This document shows, one piece after another, positions 63,954-64,000 of a stretch of 64,000 bases of DNA (position 1 is the first letter of the stretch; every line of letters starts with the position of its first letter). The notes beneath the pieces were generated by a model. It was not told the origin of the DNA and did not search any database. It saw nothing but the letters and a program-made list of their open reading frames with translations. Where the stretch lies: contig CAUVWX020000001.1 of the NCBI GenBank assembly GCA_963555815.3, forward strand, positions 768,001-832,000, given 5' to 3'. The position numbers and the translations under genes are program-made. Source of the stretch: a bacterium. GTDB lineage: Bacteria; UBA8248; JACPRG01; G963555815.

Positions 63954-64000
63954 GTAGCATGGAGCCAAAGAAAAAGAAAAGGCGCCCTAAAATCCGCTGA

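Noticed and set aside
63959..64000. 13-aa mini-ORF MEPKKKKRRPKIR resembling a nuclear localisation signal
   Set aside because: Too short, no clear RBS, and at the window edge; it cannot be supported without downstream context.

Overview
This is a GC-rich bacterial chromosomal window. The split atp operon (b', b, delta, alpha, gamma, beta, epsilon, without a/c) and the kdsB-pyrG-kdsA order resemble Deltaproteobacteria/Nitrospinota-like Gram-negatives; that assignment is an inference. In order, it contains: the F1F0 ATP synthase genes, a CN-hydrolase, eno, a frameshifted glycerate 2-kinase, a three-gene exported module that may bind copper, a GNAT, a Zn-type ABC importer, ilvE, tRNA-Asp and tRNA-Val, and a ~20 kb surface-polysaccharide/LPS cluster with a decayed AT-richer islet. 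These are followed by kdsB-pyrG-kdsA, nth, a heterodimeric ABC exporter, a TPP riboswitch with thiS-thiG-thiE, a frameshifted secreted caspase-TPR-repeat protein, hpnC-hpnD-hpnE-dcd and two secreted WD40 proteins. The most striking feature is a complete 3167-bp IS1595-family element (45276-48442). It has 25-bp terminal inverted repeats and an 8-bp target duplication (GTCGCCAT) that contains the nth start codon. Its cargo is a non-canonical class II-like tRNA with a UGG anticodon, two self-contained promoter-terminator small-RNA units, a HicB-like gene with a decayed HicA-like partner, small ORFs and a perfect 36-bp palindrome. Several single-base frameshifts at short homopolymers could be sequencing errors and need read-level checking. 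All product calls come from motif recognition by eye; no searches were run.
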